From contig SXHN01000035.1 in assembly GCA_005773635.1 (NCBI GenBank), positions 11,594 to 75,593 on the forward strand: DNA of 64,000 nt. Direction: 5' to 3'. Positions 8,854-17,188 of the stretch are shown here, piece by piece. The stretch comes from Actinomycetota bacterium (GTDB lineage Bacteria; Actinomycetota; Acidimicrobiia; IMCC26256; PALSA-610). The notes beneath the pieces are model-generated. The model was not told where the DNA came from. It did not search any database and saw only the letters and a list, made by a program, of their open reading frames with translations. The stretch's first letter is position 1; each line of letters opens with the position of its first letter. Position numbers and translations under genes: made by a program.

Positions 8854-9195
8854 ATGGATGGCCAGAGCTTCGAACCGGCTCCTGAAATCGAGATCTCGAT
8901 CCTCACCGCCACGTTCGATGCGAACGAGGTATCCATCGAGGCGCTCGCTGCGGCACTCGCTCGCTACATCGTTATGACCCGACACGAGACCCATTGCCGC
9001 AACGTCGACCTCGTGGTTTCCACCACTGTGCCCGGCCGCTTTCTGGTTATCCAAAAGTGGGAGAACGACGCAGCAGCGCGGCGCCATCTCGATTCATTCG
9101 TCATGGCTGAAATGGCCAGAGAGGCCATTCCATTGCTGGCGAGCCAGCCGACCATCGATCTCTACGACAGCATTAGCGCCCACGACCTTGCGTGA
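8854..9195 (+). CDS. Antibiotic-biosynthesis-monooxygenase (ABM) domain protein
   Basis: An ABM-like ferredoxin fold pattern is present (C..VDLVVSTTVPGRFLVIQKWENDAAARRHLDS). The start is set at the internal ATG 8854; the ORF begins at 8761. Confidence 0.5.
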   Translation: MDGQSFEPAPEIEISILTATFDANEVSIEALAAALARYIVMTRHETHCRNVDLVVSTTVPGRFLVIQKWENDAAARRHLDSFVMAEMAREAIPLLASQPTIDLYDSISAHDLA

Positions 9196-9223
9196 GACGG
9201 CCAAGCGACCAATAGACGGAACG

Positions 9224-9403
9224 TCAGTCTTCGGGAACAGGAACCACCAGCACCGGCACCGGTGAGCGATGCACAAGGTTGTAGGCAACCGAGCCCAAGA
9301 TCGCACCGCGCACCGGCCCCGCACCTCCGTGTCCGACAACGATCATTCTCGCATCGCGTTGCTCAGCAACAAAGAGAATGCTCTCCGTCGGTCGATCCTC
9401 CAC
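9224..9403 (-). pseudogene. Universal stress protein, C-terminal half only (remnant or mini-USP)
   Basis: The minus frame reads VEDRPTESILFVAEQRDARMIVVGHGGAGPVRGAILGSVAYNLVHRSPVPVLVVPVPED*. This is the USP ATP-binding/C-terminal motif, but only 59 codons remain, preceded by an in-frame TGA at 9410-9412. It is below the ORF-track cut-off. Confidence 0.4.
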
Positions 9404-9488
9404 AAGCAGTCATGGGTAGGACACGCACGTGTAATCGCGGATTGGCACCGACGGTGCAAGGACCGAGCTATTCGACCACCGACGGTGG

Positions 9489-10091
9489 CTACACGCCTTG
9501 GCGTAAGAGATCGATAGGGGTCTTCGGCATGGGCCGGTCATCGGCGCCGGTCTCTGCACAAATCTCGCGGATACCGTCCCAGGTCATTGATTGGGCAGCC
9601 CAAAGCCGTTCGAATGCGGCGTCGGACGCGTCGCTGAAACCATGTTGCATGCGAAAGTCGTAGATGCGTTTCTGTTGGTGCACGTTGTGACCCAAGCGTG
9701 CTACCCGACCCCAGGTGTAGGTATCCCACGCTTGGCGTTCCCCGAGCGAAAGATCAGCATCGGCGGCGGCGCTTTCGAATCCACCGGAGATGCGATCCTT
9801 AGCGCGCAACAGCATGTGGGCGATCTCAGCGCGCGCATGAACTTCGGAAAAGGTGCGGGATTTATTGCGGGCTTCGAAGTTGCCACCACTCGCGAACAGT
9901 TGCGCAACGCCATCGACCACATCGGCATTGGTACCGAGAATCGGGTGTGGCAAGCCCTCGTCGATGCGAAGCGCGATGTCGATTCCCCCTGGGAAATCAA
10001 CCTGCGCGGCACAGTCTTCGATGATCGACCGAATTTCGTCTGCGTCGTAGGGAACGAGGTGAAACGGATCCGGCGTGACCGTGATTGTCAC
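9489..10091 (-). CDS. Hypothetical protein (third gene of the ferritin-like operon)
   Basis: 200-aa ORF with coding-like composition and a 4-nt overlap with the upstream gene. I recognise no family. Confidence 0.6.
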   Translation of the reverse strand: MTITVTPDPFHLVPYDADEIRSIIEDCAAQVDFPGGIDIALRIDEGLPHPILGTNADVVDGVAQLFASGGNFEARNKSRTFSEVHARAEIAHMLLRAKDRISGGFESAAADADLSLGERQAWDTYTWGRVARLGHNVHQQKRIYDFRMQHGFSDASDAAFERLWAAQSMTWDGIREICAETGADDRPMPKTPIDLLRQGV

Positions 10092-10918
10092 GACGCCGCA
10101 GCGGTTGCTGCCTGCGCCATTTCGATCATCGCGCGTGCTTCTTCCATTGCCTGCTTCGCAGTCTCGGCAAGTTCATCGCACTCTTCGACTGAGAATCCGG
10201 CAAGCGAGCGGAACTTGCGAGTGATCTGAATCGGGTTTTCTTCTTGCTCACCACGAAAGCCGCCGAGCGAAAATACTTTGTCGACCGTGCGCTGAAAGTC
10301 GAGTGCGCGCTCGCGGCGCTCGGGATCATCGGCGGTGAGCCTGCGCAGCCAGTCAGAGCCCATCTTCACGTGGGTGACTTCGTCGGCGAGCATCCAGTCT
10401 TCGCAGAACGTGAGGATCGGATCGCCACTAGATTCACCGAATGTCTTCATTGAAGAAAACACGTCGATCGCCAAACCTTCGAGCGCGCGATTGACACCAC
10501 ACAGCCGCATCACCGGATCGGTGTTGCATGCCGCGGCATACAAAAATGTGCTCTCGCCGTATTCACCGATGTCGGTGCCCATGTGATCCGAAAGCTTCAC
10601 TGAAATCTCGCAGTGACGACTTTCATCCCAACATTGACGAGCCATGTCGAGCTTCAACGCGAATGGCGCTTCGGTCTCATCAAAGTCGAAGCAGGTCCGG
10701 CCCGCGCCCTCGAGAGCTTGAATCTCACCCACGAAGATGCCGTGCATCAAGCTACGGCTTCGCTCGGTAGCAGCGGGTCGGTCGTAGTTCATCGCTGCAG
10801 GCCCGAGATTGCGAGTGCCCATCAACGCATTACGCGGGTCGAAAATCTGATCTTCGATCTTGTTACGACGGAATCGAGTGTCGCGAGCGAGTTCGGCTTC
10901 GGGAAGGTGCTTTTTCAT
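10088..10918 (-). CDS. Ferritin-like di-iron-type protein (DUF455-like)
   Basis: 276 aa, helical, with spaced E/H motifs (GEIQALEGAGR, CWDESRHCEI, ALEGLAID, LADEVTHVKMG) as in ferritin-like/DUF455 proteins. Confidence 0.5.
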   Translation of the reverse strand: MKKHLPEAELARDTRFRRNKIEDQIFDPRNALMGTRNLGPAAMNYDRPAATERSRSLMHGIFVGEIQALEGAGRTCFDFDETEAPFALKLDMARQCWDESRHCEISVKLSDHMGTDIGEYGESTFLYAAACNTDPVMRLCGVNRALEGLAIDVFSSMKTFGESSGDPILTFCEDWMLADEVTHVKMGSDWLRRLTADDPERRERALDFQRTVDKVFSLGGFRGEQEENPIQITRKFRSLAGFSVEECDELAETAKQAMEEARAMIEMAQAATAAAS

Positions 10919-11574
10919 ACCGTTGCTCCATTGTTTGCAGGTTGACTGCCGATGCTATCGGGGCCGGCGATGCCGCCCGCCTCAAGGATCAGCGCTTCAA
11001 GTTCGGTCTGACGTTGCATCGCTCGTTCTACCTTTTCGGCAGAATCCAGCAGCGACTGGATCAGCATCTCGCCTTCGGTCCAGTCGGCATATTCATCCTG
11101 AAGCGCATGATTCAGACTCCGAATCGTGGGCGAATCAGTGATTTCGCTGGTGCCATTGCGGTGGTAGGTATAGGCCGCAATTGTGCGGGGAATGAGGACC
11201 CGATAGACACCAACCAGCTTTTCAATCGTCTGACCTGGGGCTTCTGGCTCTCGAATCGCATCCATGAACTTCTCAAACGCTGAATTCGCCGGTACTGTCA
11301 TGCGATCAACGTTCATCTCACGAAGTTCCGGAAGCCGTTTGGTCCATAGCTCCGCGTGCCACGCATGGTGATAGCAGTGCCGCCCCAACACCATCTTGAC
11401 GTCGAGTTCAGGAACCGTCGCAACCCAGCCACCAAGAACCTCAAACAGTCTCATCTCAGCCCACCGGTAATTGCCGACCCGGCGCGCGGTCTCTTCGACG
11501 GTAAACAAGCCAGGAAGCGCTCGGCGGTCCCAGGGCGCAAAGGCAGTACGGACAGTTGAATCAGTCATACCCAC
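10915..11574 (-). CDS. Hypothetical helical protein (possibly ferritin-like)
   Basis: 219 aa. It contains HCYHHAWHAELW and QDEYADWTEGE motifs, and its stop overlaps the downstream gene by 4 nt. Confidence 0.5.
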   Translation of the reverse strand: MGMTDSTVRTAFAPWDRRALPGLFTVEETARRVGNYRWAEMRLFEVLGGWVATVPELDVKMVLGRHCYHHAWHAELWTKRLPELREMNVDRMTVPANSAFEKFMDAIREPEAPGQTIEKLVGVYRVLIPRTIAAYTYHRNGTSEITDSPTIRSLNHALQDEYADWTEGEMLIQSLLDSAEKVERAMQRQTELEALILEAGGIAGPDSIGSQPANNGATV

Positions 11575-11690
11575 AGTCTCGCGCAGAGCTTGACCAGAGA
11601 GTCAAGTAGAGGGCCATTTTTGCGGCGGCTTCGCCCCGACGAGGCAAGGCTCTTACCTACAAACCGCTTGCACTGCGCTTCTGAGCTGGA

Positions 11691-13304
11691 TCATCCGGGC
11701 CAGCGATTGGTGATCGGCAATCGCCGATCCTTGCCAAACGCCTTGCGAGTCACCCGCACACCGGGGGCAGCCTGGCGGCGTTTGTACTCGTTACGATCGA
11801 CCATCTGCGCCACCCTGGCGACGATGGCTTCATCGTGGCCTAGTGCCACAAGGGCTGCTATCGACAAATCATCTTCGACGTAGCCCTCGATGATCGGATC
11901 GAGCACTGCATAATCTGGAAGCGAGTCGCTGTCTTTTTGATCAGGCCGCAATTCTGCACTCGGTGGCTTTTGGATCGCCGCTCGCGGAATGAGGTCGAAC
12001 CCTGCACGTTGGTTGCGCTCTTCGCAAAGTTCATATACCAGCGTCTTCGGTACGTCTTTGATGACCGCGTACCCACCCGCCATGTCGCCGTACAGCGTTG
12101 CGTAGCCCGTGGCCATTTCGCTTTTGTTGCCGGTAGTGAGCACCATCCAGTTGAACTTGTTGGAAATACTCATCATCACGTTGCAGCGAATGCGCGCCTG
12201 CATATTTTCCTCAGCGGTGCCGGCGGAGGTGCCCTCAAATGTGTCGGCGAGCATCGATTCGAACGCGGCGTGTGCCGCTTCAATAGGAATGGTGACGGTT
12301 TCAATTCCGAGCCGTTCCGCGAGTGCAATCGCATCGGTAATGCTTCCCTCGCTGGAATATCGCGAAGGAAGCAGCACCCCATGCACACGTTCAGCGCCGA
12401 GGGCATCCACTGCGACCGCAGCGACGATTGAGGAGTCAATTCCACCCGAAAGTGCAACAGCCACTTCTGTGAATCCGGTCTTGCGCACATAATCACGCGT
12501 ACCAAGCACCAGCGCCTCGTACACCTCATGCACCGGGTTCAGCACAGTTTCCTTGCGAGTTGCTGCGAGATCATGGAGATCTACGATCAACAGATCTTCA
12601 ACGTATTGGCGCGCTCGGCCAACGACATTGCCGCTGGCATCGACAACCAACGAAGCACCATCAAACACCAGCTCGTCTTGCCCGCCGACAAGATTGCAAT
12701 ACACGATCGGCACGTTCGCTCGGCGGGCACGTTCGCTCAACATTGCTTCACGATCGGCGAGGCGGCCGCGAAAAAACGGAGAGGCATTGAGGTTCACGCA
12801 CACCTGCGCCCCCACCGCCGCCTGCGCTGCAATCGGACCTTGCGCGCTCCAGGCGTCCTCGCAAATCGAAACACCCACAGCAACACCAGCGATCTCGAAA
12901 ATCTGACCGGTCTCAGTTCCTGGTTCGAAATAGCGCTCCTCATCGAAGACCGCATAATTGGGGAGCAACTGTTTGCGATACGTGCCGACGATTGCGCCAT
13001 CTCGCAGCACTACCGCAGCGTTGTACAACGCACCATCAGCACGCAGGGGAACCCCCACAATGGCAGTCGTCGAACCAATCCGCGTTGCAAGGCGTTGCAC
13101 CACTTCAAGTGATTGCTCGACAAACGCCTCACGCAACAGGAGATCTTCTGGCGGATAGCCAGTGATGGTCAGCTCCGGAAACACAACGAGATCACAGGTC
13201 TGGGTAACCGCTGCTTGATACGCGCTCAGCACACGATCCGAGTTACCCGTGAGATCACCCACGACACAATTAATCTGTGCGCACGCGATACGCAGTTGAG
13301 CCAT
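11691..13304 (-). CDS. nadE: Glutamine-dependent NAD+ synthetase
   Basis: 537 aa. An N-terminal nitrilase/CN-hydrolase domain (LRIACAQIN..VVFPEL..CED) is followed by a C-terminal NAD synthetase PP-loop (ALSGGIDSS). Confidence 0.95.
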   Translation of the reverse strand: MAQLRIACAQINCVVGDLTGNSDRVLSAYQAAVTQTCDLVVFPELTITGYPPEDLLLREAFVEQSLEVVQRLATRIGSTTAIVGVPLRADGALYNAAVVLRDGAIVGTYRKQLLPNYAVFDEERYFEPGTETGQIFEIAGVAVGVSICEDAWSAQGPIAAQAAVGAQVCVNLNASPFFRGRLADREAMLSERARRANVPIVYCNLVGGQDELVFDGASLVVDASGNVVGRARQYVEDLLIVDLHDLAATRKETVLNPVHEVYEALVLGTRDYVRKTGFTEVAVALSGGIDSSIVAAVAVDALGAERVHGVLLPSRYSSEGSITDAIALAERLGIETVTIPIEAAHAAFESMLADTFEGTSAGTAEENMQARIRCNVMMSISNKFNWMVLTTGNKSEMATGYATLYGDMAGGYAVIKDVPKTLVYELCEERNQRAGFDLIPRAAIQKPPSAELRPDQKDSDSLPDYAVLDPIIEGYVEDDLSIAALVALGHDEAIVARVAQMVDRNEYKRRQAAPGVRVTRKAFGKDRRLPITNRWPG

Positions 13305-13396
13305 GGGACGATGCTACGAGCGAAGCTCAGCTGCGCACGCTTCGACCCGAACAAGGCTGAGCACCCAGCGCGACCCGAAGCCCGCCGTGATCCATC

Positions 13397-13428
13397 AAAG
13401 AAAGCCCCGCCGAAGCGGGGCTTTCTTT
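13397..13428. terminator. Perfect hairpin terminator downstream of glnII
   Basis: AAAGAAAGCCCCGC-CGAA-GCGGGGCTTTCTTT forms a 14-bp stem flanked by A/T runs on both sides, 24 nt after the glnII stop. Confidence 0.75.
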
Positions 13429-13451
13429 GGTGAAAATGGGTTGATTGTTAG

Positions 13452-14456
13452 CTACGCAAGCGCACCACAGATGGTTTCAACCATCAAGCCACACACTACA
13501 TATGGGTCGCAGTTTGCGTTCGGGCGACGATCTTCGAGGTAGCCCTTCTTGTCGATCTCGCACTGCCATGGGATACGAATTGACGCACCACGGTCGGAAA
13601 CTCCGTAGCTGAACTGGTCGTGACGCTGAGTCTCATGCGCACCCGTAAGGCGGCTTTCGATGTCGTGACCATAGCCAGCGATGTGCTTCGCCGTGACTTT
13701 GCCGAGGGCTTCACAGCCAGCGATGATTGAGTCCCAGCCGCCGTCTTCGCGCATGGCTTTCGTGCTGAAGTTGGTATGACAACCAGCACCATTCCAGTCG
13801 CCCTTCACCGGCTTGGCGTCGAGGGTCGCCATGACATCGAACTCTTCGGCGATGCGGTACAACAACCAACGAGAAACCCACAACTGGTCGGCCACCTCAA
13901 GGGTACCGAGCGGTCCAATCTGGTATTCCCATTGTCCGATCATCACTTCGGCATTCGTGCCGGATATTTCAATGCCCGCATCAATGCACGCATCGGTGTG
14001 CGCCTCAACGACATCGCGACCGAAAATCTCGTCGGCGCCGACACCGCAGTAATACCCGCCTTGTGGCGCAGGGAATCCGCTCTCGGGGAAACCATACGGA
14101 CGGCCATTCTTGTAGAACGTGTATTCCTGCTCGAGCCCGAACCATGGCTCTTGGTCCGCGTACTTCTCTGCCATCGCCTGCGCTTTGGCGCGAGTGTTCG
14201 TGGGGTGCGGTGTGAGATCCACAAGCAACACTTCGCACATCACCAACACGTCGTCGCCGCCGCGAATCGGGTCAGGACATGACCACACCGGACGCAACAC
14301 GCAGTCGCTTTTGTCGCCGGTTGCTTGATTCGTCGAAGACCCATCAAAGCCCCAAATAGGAAGCGACGCGCCGTCTTTTAGAATTTTGGTCTTGCTGCGC
14401 AATTTCGCCGTCGGCTCTGTGCCGTCGATCCAAATATATTCAGCCCTGTAGGCCAC
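13452..14456 (-). CDS. glnII: Glutamine synthetase type II
   Basis: 334 aa. The sequence (YIWIDGTEP..LRSKTK, WGFDGSSTNQA, GAGCHTNFS) is typical of eukaryote-like GSII as found in actinomycetes. Confidence 0.9.
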   Translation of the reverse strand: MAYRAEYIWIDGTEPTAKLRSKTKILKDGASLPIWGFDGSSTNQATGDKSDCVLRPVWSCPDPIRGGDDVLVMCEVLLVDLTPHPTNTRAKAQAMAEKYADQEPWFGLEQEYTFYKNGRPYGFPESGFPAPQGGYYCGVGADEIFGRDVVEAHTDACIDAGIEISGTNAEVMIGQWEYQIGPLGTLEVADQLWVSRWLLYRIAEEFDVMATLDAKPVKGDWNGAGCHTNFSTKAMREDGGWDSIIAGCEALGKVTAKHIAGYGHDIESRLTGAHETQRHDQFSYGVSDRGASIRIPWQCEIDKKGYLEDRRPNANCDPYVVCGLMVETICGALA

Positions 14457-14646
14457 GTTGATTCTCCTTCAACCGATTCGTACGAGCGTGTTCCAAACTC
14501 CCGGCGCCAAACTCTCTTCCAAGCCTGTGACCAGTCGTCAGGTTGTGCGAGCCTATAAAGCCCTTCGCCGCCGTGTCGAGGCGAAGAATGACCCTTGGCA
14601 CCGCAATCAGCTTCGTCACCTGGCATTTCGCGGTCGTGTCGCCAAT

Positions 14647-14663
14647 GTGAACGCTGTGTGAAC
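14647..14663. promoter_or_regulatory. Candidate GlnR box (GTGAAC-N5-GTGAAC) in the glnII/glnA divergent intergenic region
   Basis: The direct repeat gives an AC-n9-AC pattern on the complementary strand (GTTCAC-N5-GTTCAC). It lies about 55 nt upstream of glnA, and glnR is encoded next door. Confidence 0.3.
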
Positions 14664-14716
14664 GGGGTCCTACCCATACGAATTCAAGTCGGCGATAGAC
14701 CAGTCGGGTCCGTATC

Positions 14717-16054
14717 GTGAAGCATATGGAACCTCGCAACGAATACGTCATGCGCACCGTGGAAGAGCGCGGCGTGCGCTTCGTCCGGATGTGGTTCACC
14801 GACGTACTCGGCAAACTCAAGTCGTTTTCGATCACGCCCGCGGAGTTGCAAGTTGCGCTCGAGGAGGGCATGACATTCGATGGATCGGCCATCGAGGGCT
14901 ACACCCGTGTCCAAGAATCCGACATGCTGGCGCGGCCCGACGCATCAACATTCGAACTCTTGCCGTGGCGCGGCGACGACGCGCCAGTGGCCCGCATGTT
15001 CTGCGACATCACGCACTTCGATGGCACGCCGTTCGAAGGTGACCCTCGCTATGTGCTCAAGCGCAACCTCACGAAAGCCCACGAACTCGGCTTCACATTC
15101 TTCGTATCTCCAGAAATGGAATACTTCTATTTTCCGTCCGAGACCGACCCGACCCCACTTGATAATGGCGGCTTTTTCGATCTGACCACACAAGACATTG
15201 CAACTGAACTTCGCAAGCAGACAATCATGACGCTCGAAGCTATGGGTATACCAACGGAATACTCATTCCATGAAAACGGGCCGAGCCAGCACGAGATTGA
15301 TCTGCGTTATTCGGACGCAATGTCGATGGCCGACAACGTGATGACCTTTCGCCTCGTAGTCAAAGAAGTTGCTCGTGCCAACGGCGTGCACGCGACATTC
15401 ATGCCGAAGCCCATTGCGGGCGCATTCGGTTCTGGTATGCACACGCACCTTTCGCTCTTCCGAGGACCGGAGAACGCCTTCCACGACGCGAGCAACGAAT
15501 ACGGTCTATCCAACATCGGTCAGTCGTTCATTGCGGGATTGCTACGCCACGGTCGGGAAATCACCGCAGTCACGAATCAATGGACCAACAGCTACAAACG
15601 GCTAGTGATGGGTTATGAAGCGCCTGTATTTGTGTGCTGGGCGCGCAACAATCGCTCGGCACTCGTACGTGTGCCGCCCGCGAAAGCCAACCACGAAGGC
15701 GAGGCAACTCGCATTGAGTATCGAGCGCCCGACCCCGCCTGCAACCCCTATCTTGCGTTCTCAGTCATGCTCGCGGCGGGGATGCACGGTATCGAACAAA
15801 ATTATGAACTTCCAACAGAAGCAATGAACAACATCTTTGAGATGTCGCTTGATGAGCGATCTGCCGCCGGAATCGGAGCGTTGCCGACGTCACTCGACGA
15901 AGCAATCGACGCGATGGCAGATTCGGAGCTCGTCGCCGAAGCCCTCGGAGATCACGTTTTCGAATACTTCCTTCGCAACAAACGCGCCGAATGGGACGTG
16001 TACAAACAACAAGTCACACCATGGGAGCTCACGCGCTTCCTGGGCGACTTGTAG
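14717..16054 (+). CDS. glnA: Glutamine synthetase type I family
   Basis: 445 aa. Conserved stretches include VRFVRMWFTDVLGKLKSF, PEMEYFYF, HENGPSQHEIDL, KPIAGAFGSGMHTHLSLF and NRSALVRVP. The start could be the downstream Met. Confidence 0.9.
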   Translation: MKHMEPRNEYVMRTVEERGVRFVRMWFTDVLGKLKSFSITPAELQVALEEGMTFDGSAIEGYTRVQESDMLARPDASTFELLPWRGDDAPVARMFCDITHFDGTPFEGDPRYVLKRNLTKAHELGFTFFVSPEMEYFYFPSETDPTPLDNGGFFDLTTQDIATELRKQTIMTLEAMGIPTEYSFHENGPSQHEIDLRYSDAMSMADNVMTFRLVVKEVARANGVHATFMPKPIAGAFGSGMHTHLSLFRGPENAFHDASNEYGLSNIGQSFIAGLLRHGREITAVTNQWTNSYKRLVMGYEAPVFVCWARNNRSALVRVPPAKANHEGEATRIEYRAPDPACNPYLAFSVMLAAGMHGIEQNYELPTEAMNNIFEMSLDERSAAGIGALPTSLDEAIDAMADSELVAEALGDHVFEYFLRNKRAEWDVYKQQVTPWELTRFLGDL

Positions 16055-16065
16055 ACGGCCGCAAC

Positions 16066-16758
16066 ATGACTCAACCGCTGCTCATTTTTCCCGACCCACC
16101 ACCGCCGCTGCTGGTGCAGACTCTCGATTTCGCGAACATTCCTTACATCGCGGTTGCCAACACTTCCGTCGCCATGTCGGTCGAGCCTGCCGACGGTTGG
16201 GCGGGCGCAGTGATTGTGGCTGAGGAAGATCCCGAAAACGCATTCGGCATATGTCGAGCGTTGCGCAAGGGCGACTCACCGGTCGAGGGAGTGCTGCTGC
16301 TCATCAACGCTGGGCAACTCAGCGAGCTCGAACAGCGCGAGAATCTTTTCGACGACTTCTGCTTGTCGCCATTTCATCCCAAAGAGCTCGAGGCGCGGAT
16401 TCGACACCTCCAATATCGAGCCGGTCGCGGCAGTGACCCCGAAACTGGTGGATACGGAGAACTTGTCTTAAATTTTGAAACGTACCAAGCGATGATCAGC
16501 GACAAACCGCTCGACCTCACGTACATGGAATATGAGCTTCTCAAGTTCTTCGTGACGCACCCCGCGAAAGTATTCACGCGCGAACAACTGCTCTCGCGGG
16601 TCTGGGGCTATGAGTATTACGGCGGCGCACGGACAGTCGATGTTCACGTGCGAAGGCTGCGCGCGAAGCTCGGCGAGGAACACGCGAACCTGATTCAAAC
16701 GGTCCGCTCCGTGGGGTACCGCTTCGGCCAGACCCGATGGAATAGTCCCACCGAGTAG
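16066..16758 (+). CDS. glnR: OmpR-family orphan response regulator GlnR (nitrogen regulator)
   Basis: An atypical receiver is followed by a C-terminal wHTH (LDLTYMEYELLKFFVTHPAKVFTREQLLSRVWGYEYYGGARTVDVHVRRLRAKLGEEHANLIQTVRSVGYRF) that closely resembles actinomycete GlnR. It is adjacent to glnA. Confidence 0.8.
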   Translation: MTQPLLIFPDPPPPLLVQTLDFANIPYIAVANTSVAMSVEPADGWAGAVIVAEEDPENAFGICRALRKGDSPVEGVLLLINAGQLSELEQRENLFDDFCLSPFHPKELEARIRHLQYRAGRGSDPETGGYGELVLNFETYQAMISDKPLDLTYMEYELLKFFVTHPAKVFTREQLLSRVWGYEYYGGARTVDVHVRRLRAKLGEEHANLIQTVRSVGYRFGQTRWNSPTE

Positions 16759-16789
16759 CGCTGCCGGAAATCTCTCCCTACCAGTTTTC

Positions 16790-17173
16790 TTAGGGGCCGA
16801 CGTAGGCCCAGACCTCAATTTCCACGGCGCCACCGGCGGGCAGCGCGGCAACTTGTACCGTGGATCGAGCCGGTTTGTGTTCACCGAAGAACTCAGCATA
16901 AATGCTGTTGATCACTGGGAAATCGGCCAAATCAGCAACGAAAACAAGGGCTTTTGCGATGTCGTTCAGCGAACGGCCATGGTCTCCCAAAATGCCAGAG
17001 ATATTGGTCAGTGCTTGACGGGTTTGGGCTTCCACTCCCTCAGCAAGCGTTCCGGTAGCTGGGTCCAGACCGAGTTGTCCGGCGAGAATGATCCAATCGC
17101 CGGCCCGAACTGCGTGCGAATAGGGACCCATTGCCGGAGGCGCGCTGGGCGTAGTGAGCATTTCAACAACCAT
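16790..17173 (-). CDS. RidA/YjgF family reactive-intermediate deaminase
   Basis: 127 aa with GPYSHAV..G..I..AGQLGLDP and a PARSTVQVAALPAGGAVEIE tail. Confidence 0.85.
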   Translation of the reverse strand: MVVEMLTTPSAPPAMGPYSHAVRAGDWIILAGQLGLDPATGTLAEGVEAQTRQALTNISGILGDHGRSLNDIAKALVFVADLADFPVINSIYAEFFGEHKPARSTVQVAALPAGGAVEIEVWAYVGP

Positions 17174-17188
17174 GACTATGTCTCCTCA

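Noticed and set aside
9410-9412. The TGA upstream of the USP fragment as a genuine Sec codon
   Set aside because: No SECIS-like hairpin lies at the expected distance. Even with readthrough, only about 13 additional sense codons exist upstream of the TGA from the candidate GTG, and the frame closes at a TAG about 26 codons up. USPs are not known selenoproteins. The codon is retained only as a low-interest check.
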